Positions 8,994 through 18,987 of a stretch of DNA of 64,000 bases are shown piece after piece (the stretch's first letter is position 1; each line of letters opens with the position of its first letter). The translations under genes and the position numbers were made by a program. Below the pieces are notes generated by a model. That model worked only from the letters and a program-made list of their open reading frames with translations, was not told where the DNA came from and ran no database searches. This DNA comes from Actinomycetota bacterium (GTDB taxonomy: Bacteria > Actinomycetota > Coriobacteriia > Anaerosomatales > SLCP01): the NCBI GenBank assembly GCA_037446725.1, contig JBBIIC010000004.1, forward strand, positions 156,514 to 220,513. The letters run 5' to 3'.

Positions 8994-10369
8994 AGGGAGG
9001 CCACCTCCTCCGCGAACGCATCCATCTCCACGCGCGTGCGCTTCTCAGTCACAGCGAACAGGACGAGCGTTTCGGCGAGAGCCCGGTCGATACCCGTGTG
9101 GTCGAGCGGCCCGGTGTGCGCGAGCGGGACCCCCGCAAGGAAGCCTCGCTCGAGCATCGCTTCGCGCATCGCTGTGACGTCGCCGTCGAATGCGAGTGCA
9201 AACTCGTGCGCGAACGGCGCGCCCCAGGGAGCCCGGAACCTGCCGGTCTCGAGCAGGCGATCTCGCAGATAGTGGGCTTTCGTGATACACGCACGCGCCG
9301 TGGAGGCGAGACCCTCGCGGCCCACGGCGCACAGGTAGACGGCAGCGCCTAACGCACAGAGCGCCTGATTGCTGCATATGTTGCTCGTGGCCTTCTCGCG
9401 GCGTATGTGCTGCTCCCGCGTCGAGAGCGTCAGCACGAACGCCGCGTTACCGTCGACATCGACGGTTCGGCCGACGAGCCGGCCGGGGACGTGGCGAACG
9501 TGCTCGTCGCGGCAGGCAAAGAAGCCGAACGCGGGACCTCCGAGACTCATTGGGCTGCCGAGGGGCTGGCCCTCGCCCACCACGATGTCGGCGCCCTGTG
9601 CACCGGGTGGCTCGACCACACCGAGCAGCAGGGGGTTGGCCCCGACGACCAGCAACGCACCGGCCTCGTGGGCCAGATCGGCAGCACCGGCGACGTCTTC
9701 CAGGTTCCCGAGCACGTTCGGGCTGCTCAGGAGGACCGCGGCAACATCGCCGGTCTGAAGCACCGAGGCGAGCGCTCCATCGGCGCCGGTAGTGACAACG
9801 CCGTCTGCCTCTGCGCCCACGAAGGTCACCTCGAGGGTACCCGCCTCCGCATACGTGAGCAGGGTCTGTTGCCACTCGGGATGGACGGTGCCCGCACAGA
9901 TGACGCGGTGGCGCCTGGTCACGCGACTCGCCATCATCGCCGCTTCCGTGAACGCCGTCGCGCCGTCGTACATCGACGCGTTGGCGACGTCCATGGCGGT
10001 CAGCGCGCAGATCATCGACTGGTACTCGTAGATGGCCTGCAGCGTCCCCTGACTGACCTCGGGCTGGTACGGGGTGTACGCAGTGAAGAACTCGGGTCTT
10101 CGCAGCACGTGATCGACTATCGACGGCACGTAATGGTCGTAGCTGCCGGCACCGGCGAAGCTCACCATCCCCCCCGCGGGTTCGTTCGAATCGGCAAGGC
10201 CTCGCAGGTGAGCGACGAGCTCCATCTCTCCGAGTCCCCCGGGCACGTCCAGTGCGCGATCGAGGCGGACCTCGGCTGGTATGTCGCCGAACAGATCGTC
10301 GAGCGCCTCGCAGCCGACAGCGCGAAGCATCGCCTCGCGCTGCTCGCACGTCACAGGGATGTGTGGCAT
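8990..10369 (-). CDS. gcvPA: glycine dehydrogenase (decarboxylating) subunit 1
   Basis: 459 aa with FAGAGSYDHYVP..YTPYQPEVSQGTLQAIYEYQ..LSTREQHIRREKATSNICSNQAL. Confidence 0.95.
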   Translation of the reverse strand: MPHIPVTCEQREAMLRAVGCEALDDLFGDIPAEVRLDRALDVPGGLGEMELVAHLRGLADSNEPAGGMVSFAGAGSYDHYVPSIVDHVLRRPEFFTAYTPYQPEVSQGTLQAIYEYQSMICALTAMDVANASMYDGATAFTEAAMMASRVTRRHRVICAGTVHPEWQQTLLTYAEAGTLEVTFVGAEADGVVTTGADGALASVLQTGDVAAVLLSSPNVLGNLEDVAGAADLAHEAGALLVVGANPLLLGVVEPPGAQGADIVVGEGQPLGSPMSLGGPAFGFFACRDEHVRHVPGRLVGRTVDVDGNAAFVLTLSTREQHIRREKATSNICSNQALCALGAAVYLCAVGREGLASTARACITKAHYLRDRLLETGRFRAPWGAPFAHEFALAFDGDVTAMREAMLERGFLAGVPLAHTGPLDHTGIDRALAETLVLFAVTEKRTRVEMDAFAEEVASL

Positions 10370-10376
10370 CGGATTC

Positions 10377-10760
10377 TTACACTTCCTTGGAGACGAACGC
10401 CTCGTACTCCTCGGCGGAGAGCAGCCCGTCGAGCTGGGACGGGTCGGCGAGCTTGACCTGGATCATCCAGCCCTCTCCGTACGGGTCCTCGTTGACGGTC
10501 TCGGGCGTGTCCGCAAGGCCGGAGTTCACCTTCACGATCTCACCGTCGGCCGGCGAGTACACTTCGGAGACGGACTTGACCGACTCGATCTCGCCGAACG
10601 GCTCGCCGACGGTCACGGCGTCGCCTTCCGAGGGCAGGTCCACGTAGACGACCTCACCGAGCTGGTTCTGTGCGAAATGCGAGATACCGATGATGGCGAC
10701 GTCGCCCTCGAGGCGTACCCACTCGTGCTCCTTGTCGTACTTCAGGTCGCTCGGATACAT
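10377..10760 (-). CDS. gcvH: glycine cleavage system H protein
   Basis: MYPSDLKYDKEHEWV and the lipoyl-lysine motif IESVKSVSEVYSP. The ATG at 10760 has AAAGGAG upstream. The track ORF start at 10790 is an extension. Confidence 0.95.
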   Translation of the reverse strand: MYPSDLKYDKEHEWVRLEGDVAIIGISHFAQNQLGEVVYVDLPSEGDAVTVGEPFGEIESVKSVSEVYSPADGEIVKVNSGLADTPETVNEDPYGEGWMIQVKLADPSQLDGLLSAEEYEAFVSKEV

Positions 10761-10786
10761 CTCTTGTGCGCTCCTTTCGGGCCTGC

Positions 10787-11935
10787 TCACGATAGAGAGG
10801 TGCTCTTCACGAACGGTGGACGCTCGACCCGTGCCGGTGCCGTCTTGTTCCGAATCGCCACGGTCAGTTGCGTACCCGGTTCGGTGAGCGAGACGGGCAG
10901 ATATGCGGTCGCGATGCCGGTGCGCAACGTGGGAGAGAACGTGCCGCTTGCCACCTTACCGACCTGCTCGCCGTCGCGCAACACGGCGCAGCCGGCCCGC
11001 GGAATGCCTCCCTCGACTCGCAGGCCGACCAGCCTGACCGCAGGCCCCGCCGTGCGGATCCCGGCGATCGCGCCGGCGCCGACGAACTCGGCACTCTTCT
11101 GCGGCACGACCCAGCCGAGTCCCGCGGAGATGGGGTCGACACCCCGGTCCATGTCTCTGCCGTACAGGTGGTAGCCCATCTCGAGGCGCAGCGTGTCCCG
11201 GGCCCCCAATCCACACGGCGTGACCTCCGGGAAGCTGAGCAGCGCGCGCCAGATACCGGGGGCGTGCGAGGCGTGACAGACGATCTCCACACCGTCCTCC
11301 CCGGTGTAGCCGGTGCGCGCGACGAGCACGGGCGTCCCGTCGAGCCGCGCTTCGACGATATGGAATCGCTCGGGCGGCTCGAAACCGGGGCCTGCGAGCT
11401 CGCCGAGCACCGCGATCGCCTTCGGCCCTTGCAGGGCGATCAGTCCGGTACGGTCCGATTCGTCGACGAGCTCGACGATGCCGCTCTCCTCACGATGCTC
11501 GGACTCCACGCCCTCGTGCAGCGTAGCCCCTTCCGGGCAGTGAGACCGGAGCCAGTCCAGGTCGGTGGTGCGGTTGGCGGCGTTCGCGATCATGAGGTAC
11601 TCGAGCTCGCCCGTGTGATAGACGATCACATCGTCGATGATACCGCCGTCCTCGTCGCACATGAGCGTGTACTGGGCGGCACCTACACCGGCGATGCGCG
11701 CGAGGTCGTTAGTGAGGATTCCCTGCAGGAAGTCGAAGGCGCCGAATCCGAACACTCTGAACTCGGTCATGTGACAGACGTCGAAGATGCCAGCCGACGT
11801 GCGGACCGCCTCGTGCTCGTGGGTGATGCCCGAGTACTGCAGCGGCATCTCGTATCCCGCGAAGGGCACCAACCGTGCCCCGAGGGCGAGATGCTCGTCG
11901 TACAAGGGAGTCTTCGCCAGCATGCCGCTCATCAT
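10787..11935 (-). CDS. gcvT: aminomethyltransferase (glycine cleavage T protein)
   Basis: [55 protein letters not shown]. Confidence 0.95.
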   Translation of the reverse strand: MMSGMLAKTPLYDEHLALGARLVPFAGYEMPLQYSGITHEHEAVRTSAGIFDVCHMTEFRVFGFGAFDFLQGILTNDLARIAGVGAAQYTLMCDEDGGIIDDVIVYHTGELEYLMIANAANRTTDLDWLRSHCPEGATLHEGVESEHREESGIVELVDESDRTGLIALQGPKAIAVLGELAGPGFEPPERFHIVEARLDGTPVLVARTGYTGEDGVEIVCHASHAPGIWRALLSFPEVTPCGLGARDTLRLEMGYHLYGRDMDRGVDPISAGLGWVVPQKSAEFVGAGAIAGIRTAGPAVRLVGLRVEGGIPRAGCAVLRDGEQVGKVASGTFSPTLRTGIATAYLPVSLTEPGTQLTVAIRNKTAPARVERPPFVKSTSLS

Positions 11936-11983
11936 CGGCTCCTCTCGTCCTTCCTGCCGTGTGTGATCCCGCCCTGCGGACGA

Positions 11984-13237
11984 CTACCCCGCGGGTGTCG
12001 GCTCGGCCCGTGCGTCGCCGGCGAAGACCGACCTCCACGCCCTCACGATCGCGATCCAGACGCGCTCGGGCAGCGTCGGGCGGCGGACGTCCTCGACGGC
12101 GATCAGAGGGACCTGCTCGATGAGGCGCCCGCCTTGCACAAGCGAGAGTGTGCCGACGCGGTCGCCGCGTGCGACCGGTGCATCGACGCTCTCCCTGATG
12201 CTTACGGTTCGCGTGACCTCACCGGAGAGGTCGAAGACCGGGAGGCTCGCCGGGACCCCCACGACCGCGTCGATCTCCCTGTCGAGGTAGTCGGCGACCC
12301 GCACCGTACCGAGCACCTCGCCGGTCTCCGCCAGCCGCTGCTCGGTATAGTGGACGAATCCCCACTCGAGTAGGAGGCCGGCTTGCTGGAAGCGGTCCAT
12401 CTCGTCTGCAGCACCCAGCACAACGGCGTAGAGTTCGATGCCGCGTCGCTCGGCAGACGCCACGAGCGAGTACCCGGCCCGGCTCGTCCAGCCGGTCTTC
12501 ACTCCGGTCGCACCCTCGAGGGTCCCGATCAGCAGGTTGCCGTTCTCGAGTTCCTGGGGCCCGTCGGCGCCGTCAATCACGATCTTCTCGAGCGCAGCCA
12601 TGCGCCGGAACTCATCGTTGGCCATCGCATAGCGGGCCAGCGTGGCGAGATCGGTCGCGCTCGTGTGGTGCCCATCGGCGTCGAGCCCGTGCGGGTTGGC
12701 GAACGAGGTGTGCTCGAGGCCGAGCTGCTCGGCCTTCGCGTTCATCATCCCGACGAAACCCTCGACGCTCCCTCCGACATGCTCCGCGACCGCCACAGAA
12801 GCGTCGTTGCCCGACTTGACGAGCAGCGCCTCGAGGAGGGTCCCGAGCGGGTAGGTCCCCCCGGACTTGAGCCTGGCCGCGGCCTCACCAATCCTCGTGG
12901 CTCCCCGAGAGACCGTGACCTGCTCGTCGAGATCCGCGTTCTCGAGCGCCACGATCGCCGTCATGATCTTGGTCGTGCTCGCCATGGCGCGCTCCCGTTC
13001 GGCGTCGCGCGCCCACAAGATGCGTCCGTCCTCGGTCATGAGGACGCCAGCCGCGGCGCCAAGATCGGGAGCGAGCGCAGCTTGCTCGGCTCCCAGCTCG
13101 GAGACGGGAAGGTCCCCGACGCGGTCGTCCGGACGCACGACGGCGGCGGCGGACCCGACCGCGCCGGGAAGGAGCGCAAGCACGAGAAGTGCGCGCACCA
13201 GGCCACCCCGGGGATGCCGGGCATCCAGCCGTCTCAT
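11984..13237 (-). CDS. D-alanyl-D-alanine carboxypeptidase (serine-type, PBP5/6 family)
   Basis: SxxK (ASTTKIMT), SxN (KSGND) and KTG (VKTGWT) motifs. ATG at 13237 (MRRLDARHPRGGLVRALLVLALLPG, signal-like). The track ORF to 13363 would overlap the ACT gene. Confidence 0.9.
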   Translation of the reverse strand: MRRLDARHPRGGLVRALLVLALLPGAVGSAAAVVRPDDRVGDLPVSELGAEQAALAPDLGAAAGVLMTEDGRILWARDAERERAMASTTKIMTAIVALENADLDEQVTVSRGATRIGEAAARLKSGGTYPLGTLLEALLVKSGNDASVAVAEHVGGSVEGFVGMMNAKAEQLGLEHTSFANPHGLDADGHHTSATDLATLARYAMANDEFRRMAALEKIVIDGADGPQELENGNLLIGTLEGATGVKTGWTSRAGYSLVASAERRGIELYAVVLGAADEMDRFQQAGLLLEWGFVHYTEQRLAETGEVLGTVRVADYLDREIDAVVGVPASLPVFDLSGEVTRTVSIRESVDAPVARGDRVGTLSLVQGGRLIEQVPLIAVEDVRRPTLPERVWIAIVRAWRSVFAGDARAEPTPAG

Positions 13238-13262
13238 GATCGTGAGGCGCTTCAGCTCGACG

Positions 13263-13700
13263 TCACGCCCCGTCTGGTTCGTAGAGGTCGGTGGCGCGCA
13301 GCACGCGGTACCCGGCGGCCTCCAGGACGTCGAGCCCGCGCTCGCCGTCGACCTTGAGCACATCGACGGCTGCGCCGCCCACGCCTGGCTCGACGAAGCA
13401 ATACGCGTACTCGACGTTGATGCCCTCGCTCCCGAGCGTCTCGAGCACGTCAGCCAGGCCGCCAGGCCTGTCGGGCACCTCGACCGCGATCACCCCGGTC
13501 ACCGAGACGCCGAACCCCGCGCTCTCCAGAGTGCCCTTGGCCGTCCGAGGACGGTCGCAGATGATGCGCACTACCCCGAACTCCTGAGTGTCCGCCACCA
13601 TTAGGGCCCTCATATTCACTCCCGTATCGCCCAGCACCCGGCACACATCGGCGAGCCTGCCCGGCTGGTTCTCGAGAAAGACCGAAAGCTGCTCGATCAC
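13263..13700 (-). CDS. ACT-domain (amino-acid-binding) protein, tandem ACT
   Basis: MIEQLSVFLENQPGRLADVCRVLGDTGVNMRAL.. and a second repeat VIAVEVPDRPGGLADVLETLGSEGINVEY. The usual partner paaK is adjacent. Confidence 0.8.
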   Translation of the reverse strand: MIEQLSVFLENQPGRLADVCRVLGDTGVNMRALMVADTQEFGVVRIICDRPRTAKGTLESAGFGVSVTGVIAVEVPDRPGGLADVLETLGSEGINVEYAYCFVEPGVGGAAVDVLKVDGERGLDVLEAAGYRVLRATDLYEPDGA

Positions 13701-13704
13701 GCGC

Positions 13705-15009
13705 TCACGCTCCTTCCAGTTCGCCGCGCAGGTCGACCACGCGACGGGCCTTGCCTTCGCTGCGCTCGATGGAGCGCGGCTCGACGAGCCTGACGTCGAT
13801 CGAGACCGCGAGCGCCGAGGCTATCTCCGAGCGAACCGTACGCTGCAATTCCTCGAGCTCGCGCACCTCGTCGAAGGCCAGGTCGGGCGCGACCTCGACG
13901 TGTACCTCGACCGTGTCCATCGAGCCGCGCTTACCGAGCACTACCTGGTAGTGCGGCGCGACGCCGGGGATGCCGGCGAGCACCTGCTCGATCTGACTCG
14001 GGAAGACGTTCACGCCGCGCACGATGATCATGTCGTCCGTGCGCCCGGTGATACGCTCCATGCGGCGGAACGTGCGCCCGCACGCACACTCACCCGGGAT
14101 GATCCGGGAGATGTCGCGGGTGCGGTAGCGGATGACCGGTATTCCCTCCTTGGTGAGCGTCGTGAAGACGACCTCTCCGCGCTCCCCGTCCGGCACCGGT
14201 CGCAGCGTCTCGGAATCGACGATCTCGACGAAGAAGTGGTCCTCGTTCACGTGCAGGCCGTGCTGCTCGGTGCACTCACTCGCGACACCGGGACCGAGCA
14301 CCTCGGAGAGCCCGTAGATGTCGATCGCCCGGATGCCGAGTCGCTCCTCGATCTGCACGCGCATGTTCTCGCTCCACGGCTCGGCGCCGAACACACCGAC
14401 GCGCAGCGGGAGGGAGCGCGGGTCGATGCCCATCTCCTCAGCGGTCTCGGCCACGAGCAGCGAGTAGGACGGCGTGCACGCCAGCACCGTCACTTCGAAG
14501 TCACCGAGCACCTGCACCTGGCGTCGGGTGTTGCCACCCGATATCGGGATGGTGAGGCAGCCGAGGCGCTCGGAGCCGTAGTGCACGCCGAGCCCTCCGG
14601 TGAACAGGCCGTAGCCGTAGGCTACCTGGACGACGTCGTCGGCGGTCGCGCCGGCGCACGCGAGCGTGCGCGCCATCATGTCGGCCCAGTTCGAGATGTC
14701 CTGCTGCGTGTAGCCCACGACGGTGATCTGCCCGGTGGTGCCGGAAGAGGCGTGGACGCGCACGATGTCGCGGCGATCGGCCGCAAACATCCCGTAGGGG
14801 TAGTTCGCGCGCATGTCATCTTTGACCGTGAACGGCACGCTCGCGAAGTCGGCCAAAGAGTCGACACGCGGCCTCACCCCGGCATCGTCGAACTTCGTGC
14901 GATAGAGCGAGACTCTGTCGTAGACGCGAGGGAGCAGCGCATTGAGGCGCTCGATCTGGAGATTCTCGAGACGCTCCCGAGACATCGCCTCAAACTCGGG
15001 CTGGAACAT
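13705..15009 (-). CDS. paaK: phenylacetate-CoA ligase
   Basis: 434 aa with AMP-binding loop HASSGTTGQITVVGYT and the typical N-terminus SRERLENLQIERLNALL. Confidence 0.85.
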   Translation of the reverse strand: MFQPEFEAMSRERLENLQIERLNALLPRVYDRVSLYRTKFDDAGVRPRVDSLADFASVPFTVKDDMRANYPYGMFAADRRDIVRVHASSGTTGQITVVGYTQQDISNWADMMARTLACAGATADDVVQVAYGYGLFTGGLGVHYGSERLGCLTIPISGGNTRRQVQVLGDFEVTVLACTPSYSLLVAETAEEMGIDPRSLPLRVGVFGAEPWSENMRVQIEERLGIRAIDIYGLSEVLGPGVASECTEQHGLHVNEDHFFVEIVDSETLRPVPDGERGEVVFTTLTKEGIPVIRYRTRDISRIIPGECACGRTFRRMERITGRTDDMIIVRGVNVFPSQIEQVLAGIPGVAPHYQVVLGKRGSMDTVEVHVEVAPDLAFDEVRELEELQRTVRSEIASALAVSIDVRLVEPRSIERSEGKARRVVDLRGELEGA

Positions 15010-15057
15010 CCCCTCACCCCCGTCTGGGTCGCGGTGCGCGTGCGATGGTCTGCCGAC

Positions 15058-17037
15058 TCAGCGAGCGGGAGCGGTCGCGGTCGGTTCGGTCGAGCCCACT
15101 GGTTTCGTGCCGACCCGCACGATCTGCTGCTTCGGGGAGTACGTTGACGTGAACGTGTCCTCGCGGACCACGGTACCACCCTTGAGCACGGTTCGCTTCA
15201 CGACGACCTTGCGGCCGTCGACGCCTGAGTCCTCGACGACTCGTGTTCCTGCCGCGAGCGTGTCGTCGGGCTCCTCCTTGACTGAGAACGGCCTGATGTC
15301 GGTGAAATCGCCGGTCATGGAGGTCACGCTGTAGCCCGGGTCGGTGCCGTACAGGCTGATCGTCACCGAGCTGTTCGAGAACGCCGTCGCGATGTAGATC
15401 CAATGCTCCGTGTCATTCTTGAACTTGAAGTCCACGCCGCCCCACGCGACCGTTGCGTCACGTCCCTTTGGGTAGCTTGAGATGTAGAAGGAGTGGTTGC
15501 GGCGCTCGACGACGGGAAGACCCGACTCGAACACCGTATTGAACAGCGTTGTCGCCACCTGGCAGATACCGCCACCCAGCGAGGGAACGAGACGGCCTCC
15601 GACGATGGCGGGCGCCTCCTGGTAGCCCTTCGCCGCGGTCCGCGGGCCGATCGTGCCGTTGAACGAGAAGGTCTCGCCCGGACCCACGAGTGTGCCGTCG
15701 AGCGCCTTGGCGAGCGTGTGGATGTTGGAGACCCTCGGCTTGTTGGTGGACAGGAACGTCGTCGTGTACGTGGCGATACGCTCCTCGATGCCCATCTGCT
15801 CGGCGCGTTCGGTCGTGAGTTCGGGCTCCAGGCGTTGCGTCCTCAGCTGCACCGTGCGGCTTTCCTCGGTGGTGAGGACCCGCGTCATCTCGGTCGCGAG
15901 CGATTCCACATCGATGCCGACGCCATCACGCGAGGGGATGATGGTCACCGTGCCGCCGCCGACCTTGAACTGAGCGTCGACCGGGGGCGTTCCGGCCTCG
16001 CCGACGCGTGCGCGCACCGTGGCCGAGGCCTCGTCAGACGAGATATAGGCCTCGAGCACCCATCTGTCGGGCGTCGCGCTGGACGAAGCATGGGACGCTC
16101 CAGCGCTTCCGGACTCCTCGGCCGCAGGCGCCGCGGCTCCGGCGGGAGGCACCGGCTTGGTGCGGAAGGCGATCCACGGTGCGATCTCGCGGGCGGAGAA
16201 CTCCCACGACCGCGTGTCGTCGGCAACGGTCACTGGTCCCGCGAGCATCGCGCGCGTGTCTGAGAGCGCTGGTTCGGCATCTGCATCGGTGATCTTGACC
16301 GGGGTGAAGTCGACGGCGACCTCGACCTCACGATCGGCGGACACGAATGCTCCGAGGACCTCGGCGCGCACTTCGGCCTCGCGCACGGCGATGCCGAGCA
16401 CGGCGGACTCGAGAGAGACCTCGGTACCGTCGATGACGACCCGGGCGTCGCGCGGTTCGCGCTCGACCGCAGCGGCGATCTCGGCAAGGAAGCCATCGAC
16501 CGCCGCCGGGTCCGCGTCGACCGTCACCGGCACGGTCACCGGCTCCAGCCAGAGGCGGAGACGCTCCGACACACGATCGCCGAGCGACCCGGTTCGCCCG
16601 TACTCCATCGCCTGGCCGACGAGTTCCTCGCTCTCGAGGGTGGCCGAAAGGTTCGCCGCATTCATCGGCCACGACTGGTCCTCGAAGGTCACCGTGATCG
16701 GATCGGCGAGCCGCGGACCGAACGTCTCGTCGAGGGCTGCCACCGCTCTCTCGCGGGTCATGGCGCCCACGCTGACCTCGCCGACGCGGACACCGGGGTG
16801 CACGCGGCCGAAGGAGACGGCGACGTCGATCGCGACCAACAGGACGAGCAGCGATAGCGTGACAGCGGTGCCGAGCGCGACGCCCTTGAGCCAGGCGGGG
16901 CGATCGGCGAACAGCCGCTCGACGCGTCCGCGCAGCGTGCGCTCGCGAGCACGGCGCTCCCGGGCACGGCGCCCTTCTTCAAGGAGCGTCTGGCCGTCCA
17001 TGGCCAGCGTCCCTTCGTTGTCGACGTTCTCGGTCAC
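15058..17037 (-). CDS. VanW-family protein with N-terminal membrane anchor and C-terminal G5-like domain
   Basis: GGGICQVATTLFNTVFESGLPVVERRNHSFYISSYPKGRDATVAWGGVDFKFKND is the VanW core. The C-terminal TRVVEDSGVDGRKVVVKRTV..REDTFTSTYSPKQQIVRVGTK is G5-like. Confidence 0.8.
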   Translation of the reverse strand: MTENVDNEGTLAMDGQTLLEEGRRARERRARERTLRGRVERLFADRPAWLKGVALGTAVTLSLLVLLVAIDVAVSFGRVHPGVRVGEVSVGAMTRERAVAALDETFGPRLADPITVTFEDQSWPMNAANLSATLESEELVGQAMEYGRTGSLGDRVSERLRLWLEPVTVPVTVDADPAAVDGFLAEIAAAVEREPRDARVVIDGTEVSLESAVLGIAVREAEVRAEVLGAFVSADREVEVAVDFTPVKITDADAEPALSDTRAMLAGPVTVADDTRSWEFSAREIAPWIAFRTKPVPPAGAAAPAAEESGSAGASHASSSATPDRWVLEAYISSDEASATVRARVGEAGTPPVDAQFKVGGGTVTIIPSRDGVGIDVESLATEMTRVLTTEESRTVQLRTQRLEPELTTERAEQMGIEERIATYTTTFLSTNKPRVSNIHTLAKALDGTLVGPGETFSFNGTIGPRTAAKGYQEAPAIVGGRLVPSLGGGICQVATTLFNTVFESGLPVVERRNHSFYISSYPKGRDATVAWGGVDFKFKNDTEHWIYIATAFSNSSVTISLYGTDPGYSVTSMTGDFTDIRPFSVKEEPDDTLAAGTRVVEDSGVDGRKVVVKRTVLKGGTVVREDTFTSTYSPKQQIVRVGTKPVGSTEPTATAPAR

Positions 17038-17825
17038 TGTGTGTCCTCAGCAGGCGTGCCCACCACGAACTCCCGTGTCGTCGCGGCAGGCACGCTCAGC
17101 CCTTCCGATCTCGCCAGCGTGACGACCACACCGGGAAACGTCACGAGCGTCGACTTCAGTCCGCCGGGCAGTTCGAGCGATTGCGCAAGGCTCCCTGGCT
17201 CCCCGAGCGCGATCACTTCGTATCCGCGGGCAAGCGCCATGCCATCGAGTTCGATCTGGCCCCCCTGGCCGGAGAAGCCGCTCGTGGCACTCACCCGCAC
17301 CCCGTTGATCGCGATCGCTTCCGCGCCACCCGCACGCAGCTCATGGATCATCCTCACGAAGTCCTGCGGCAGGAGCACCCGTTCCGGGTCGTCGATGGTG
17401 ATCGTGATGCCGGGGCCGCTTGCCCCGGCGAGCCCGGCAACGACCCTCACGGCGTTCAGTTCCTTGGTCGCTTCGTTGAGGACGCGGGCGCGGTCCTCGG
17501 TCGCCTGACCCGCCTCGAGCAGACGCATCTGCACTCGCGCAACCTCGGTCCGCAGCACGGTGTTCTCCGCAGTGAGCTGCTCGATGATGATCGCGAGGTT
17601 CTGGTCTGACTGACGTTCGAGCGAGCCGGAGTAAGACGCCTGCCCGCGCATCTGGGCGACGAGCAGGAAACCGACCAGCATCAGACCCGCGGCCAGCGTC
17701 GCCACGAGCCGCGCCTGGTTGAACGAGCGCTCGACGAGCTTCTCCGAGGCCTGCAGCGCCTTGACCGACTCGTCACGCAGATAGACGAGCTTCTCGCGGG
17801 AGGGTACGCGGGCGTTCATGCCCAT
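17034..17825 (-). CDS. DUF881-family division/envelope protein (YlxW/YlxX, Rv1823/Rv1825-like)
   Basis: ASGPGITITIDD and AGGAEAIAINGVRV motifs with an N-terminal TM helix. The start could be 17825, 17819 or 17840. Confidence 0.8.
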   Translation of the reverse strand: MGMNARVPSREKLVYLRDESVKALQASEKLVERSFNQARLVATLAAGLMLVGFLLVAQMRGQASYSGSLERQSDQNLAIIIEQLTAENTVLRTEVARVQMRLLEAGQATEDRARVLNEATKELNAVRVVAGLAGASGPGITITIDDPERVLLPQDFVRMIHELRAGGAEAIAINGVRVSATSGFSGQGGQIELDGMALARGYEVIALGEPGSLAQSLELPGGLKSTLVTFPGVVVTLARSEGLSVPAATTREFVVGTPAEDTQ

Positions 17826-18172
17826 CACTCCCACCCCCATCGGCTGAACAGCAGCCGCCGGACCGTACCGAGGTTCTCGAAGACCCGCATGCCGAATGCG
17901 ACCACCGCGGCGAGGTAAAGCTCGCGAACGCCGATCCGGTCACCGACGAAGACGATGAACGCCGCCATCAAGGTGTTCGTCAGAAAGCCCGACACGAACA
18001 CTTTGTCGTCGAAGGTGCCCTCGAGGCTCGCCTTGACTCCGCCAAGGCACGCGTCGATCGCGGCGAGCACCGCAACGCCAAGATACGTGAGCCACGAAAC
18101 CGGCACGCTCACATTCGTCAGCAGTCCGAGTGTCACGCCGAGGGCAAGTGCGAGAGCGAGCGCGAGCATCAC
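17825..18172 (-). CDS. small membrane protein, DUF1290 (small basic protein Sbp / Rv1824-like)
   Basis: 115 aa, several TM helices, sandwiched with overlaps between the two DUF881 genes as in Bacillus ylxX-sbp-ylxW and the mycobacterial cluster. Confidence 0.7.
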   Translation of the reverse strand: MMLALALALALGVTLGLLTNVSVPVSWLTYLGVAVLAAIDACLGGVKASLEGTFDDKVFVSGFLTNTLMAAFIVFVGDRIGVRELYLAAVVAFGMRVFENLGTVRRLLFSRWGWE

Positions 18173-18897
18173 GCACCCCCGTCCGGGGGCCCTACGTACT
18201 GCGGTCGCATCGAACCGCGGTAGGCGACAACGGTGAGTTCGGGCGAACGGGTCAGAGTGACCTGCAGGCCGTACTGGTTCTTGTAGGCGCCGAAGAGCAG
18301 GGCCGCCGACTCGTCGGCGAGCACGGATTCCTCGAGCGCGGCAGGATCGCCGACGGCCCGGATCACGTACGGGCTGCCGAGTCGCGCGGAGTTAACGAGC
18401 ACGGTCGTGCCGGCGCAGCGGATAGGGGTGGTCGCCACCACGCGCTCCCCGTTCACTTCGACCGCCTCGGCGCCGCCCACGAAGAGCGCGTTGACCACCG
18501 CGGCGATGTCGGTGTCGTGGATGAGGTAGTCGTTCGGGTCCGCGCCCTGCGCAACCTCGCCACCGTCACCCAGGACGACCTCCACGCCCGGGCCCGAGAC
18601 AGCCGAGAGTCCTGCGGCCTGGCGGACGCGGTCGAGCTCGTGAGAGAACGAGGCACTCAAACCCGAGTCCTCGGCGGCCTGCTTCTCGAGCTTGGCGAGA
18701 TCGGCTCGCAACTCGGCCAGGCGGTCCTGGAGCTCGGTGCGTTGGGCTTCCATGGACTGGACGACATCGACGAGCTCACTCGACCTCCCGGGACGCGCGT
18801 CGGCGAGGCGGGTGGTCGTGTTGAAGGCGACCGCTATGAGCACCCCGAGCACCCCGAATACGAGGACGAGGGCAGGGCGATACGGATTCCGGTGCAT
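18169..18897 (-). CDS. DUF881-family division/envelope protein
   Basis: VSGPGVEVVLGD and VGGAEAVEVNGERV motifs with an N-terminal TM helix. Confidence 0.8.
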   Translation of the reverse strand: MHRNPYRPALVLVFGVLGVLIAVAFNTTTRLADARPGRSSELVDVVQSMEAQRTELQDRLAELRADLAKLEKQAAEDSGLSASFSHELDRVRQAAGLSAVSGPGVEVVLGDGGEVAQGADPNDYLIHDTDIAAVVNALFVGGAEAVEVNGERVVATTPIRCAGTTVLVNSARLGSPYVIRAVGDPAALEESVLADESAALLFGAYKNQYGLQVTLTRSPELTVVAYRGSMRPQYVGPPDGGA

Positions 18898-18942
18898 ACG
18901 GAAGCAAACACCACACGTAGGTCGGGGGCCGTCGAAGGCCGC

Positions 18943-18971
18943 ATTATAGCAGGTAATCCACCAATTCGGAA
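18943..18971 (-). promoter_or_regulatory. candidate sigma-70-type promoter for the DUF881 operon
   Basis: Minus strand reads TTCCGA-17 nt-TATAAT in the AT-richer 90 nt gap upstream of the 18897 start. Confidence 0.4.
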
Positions 18972-18987
18972 GCCCTCTGGACGATGG

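Noticed and set aside
11936-12060. Possible glycine riboswitch upstream of gcvT (minus-strand ACGGCAGGAAGGAC resembles the CUCAGGCAAAAGGAC end of the aptamer)
   Set aside because: Only 48 nt are non-coding here. The rest of a roughly 100 nt aptamer would lie inside the carboxypeptidase gene, and I could not find the GGAGAG / CACCGAAGGGGCAA core. A covariance-model scan would settle it.
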